DNA of 21,975 nucleotides from Rotaria socialis (Eukaryota). Numbering within the stretch: the first letter of the stretch is position 1; every line of letters starts with the position of its first letter. The stretch is taken from assembly GCA_905331295.1 (NCBI GenBank), contig CAJNYD010000039.1:310001-331975 (forward strand). Direction: 5' to 3'. Below, piece after piece: positions 21,477 to 21,975 of the stretch. Below the pieces are notes generated by a model, which was not told the DNA's origin, did not search any database, and saw only the letters and a program-made list of their open reading frames with translations. The translations under genes and the position numbers were made by a program.

Positions 21477-21975
21477 AAATGCTGATGAAACTTATGTAGT
21501 ACGCAGGTAGGTTTTCCAATGAGTAATGACAATGCTGATGCAATGTTTACATGACGCACGAGATGAGAAAGATTTATTTTCGCGGAAGTAGATTTAGAGA
21601 CCAGGAAACACTTAGATTTCATAGTAATTCATGTGGATAAATTTCAAAAAATTTAATTTCTTTCAAGAAAATATAGTTAACTTGAAATAGATGTCGCTGT
21701 CATACAGATACAGACATATTTGGACAAAATAGTTGTAGTAAGTCGATTTTCGACAATAAAGGATGAATCCGCTTACAGTTGTGCCGATATCGATGGCACG
21801 CTTCGATGATTCTCCTTCCTCTTCGTTCTGTTCTCTTTCCATTGTTATAATATCTCTCTCCTATACATACGTGTGTTATGTATGAAGTTGTTACACTGTG
21901 GATATGTGAAGAAGCGAATAAACATCATTGCCTAGAGTGGCGCTAAGCTACTCCACCTCGATCCAGTTTGTCTTA

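Larger units (their letters stand above)
21342..21544. promoter_or_regulatory. Cluster of three C/EBP-ATF response elements (CARE/AARE): TGATGCAAT 21342-21350, TGATGAAAC 21483-21491, TGATGCAAT 21536-21544
   Basis: Exact matches to the TGATGxAAx consensus (CHOP-AARE-type and ASNS-NSRE1-type cores), all in the same orientation and bracketing the predicted first exon. Confidence 0.6.

Noticed and set aside
21932..21953. Small hairpin gagtggc-gctaa-gctactc adjacent to CTAG, resembling a Helitron 3' end on the minus strand
   Set aside because: CTAG overlaps the stem rather than lying ~10 nt beyond it, the following base is not T, and the window ends too soon to test.

Overview
AT-rich eukaryotic genomic DNA with many short (~55-75 bp) GT-AG introns. 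The style (composition, intron size, gtacgt/gttcgt donors, fungal/bacterial-type genes carrying introns) suggests a bdelloid rotifer, but this is inference. I assembled spliced gene models by hand, checking phase at each junction. (1) A head-to-head pair of SNG1/DUF3533-like multipass membrane genes (1672-4811 on -, 5014-6887 on +), probably of non-metazoan origin. They share no intron positions, and the + copy has an in-frame TAA at a conserved Tyr. (2) A 15-exon, ~1298-aa type I membrane protein: signal peptide, SUEL/Gal-lectin-like domain, CUB domain, Thr-rich mucin stalk, TM helix and a long tail ending in an RVxF-type motif (9127-14747 +). (3) A probably decaying minus-strand gene (~14900-16362). 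(4) Several MITE-like inverted-repeat elements. (5) An ATF4/ATF5-family bZIP gene (19950-20748 -). Its predicted spliced 5' leader has the full delayed-reinitiation layout (tiny uORF1 in a non-coding exon, out-of-frame uORF2 overlapping the CDS). Its promoter and first intron carry three C/EBP-ATF response elements plus a CRE, suggesting a self-amplifying integrated stress response module.
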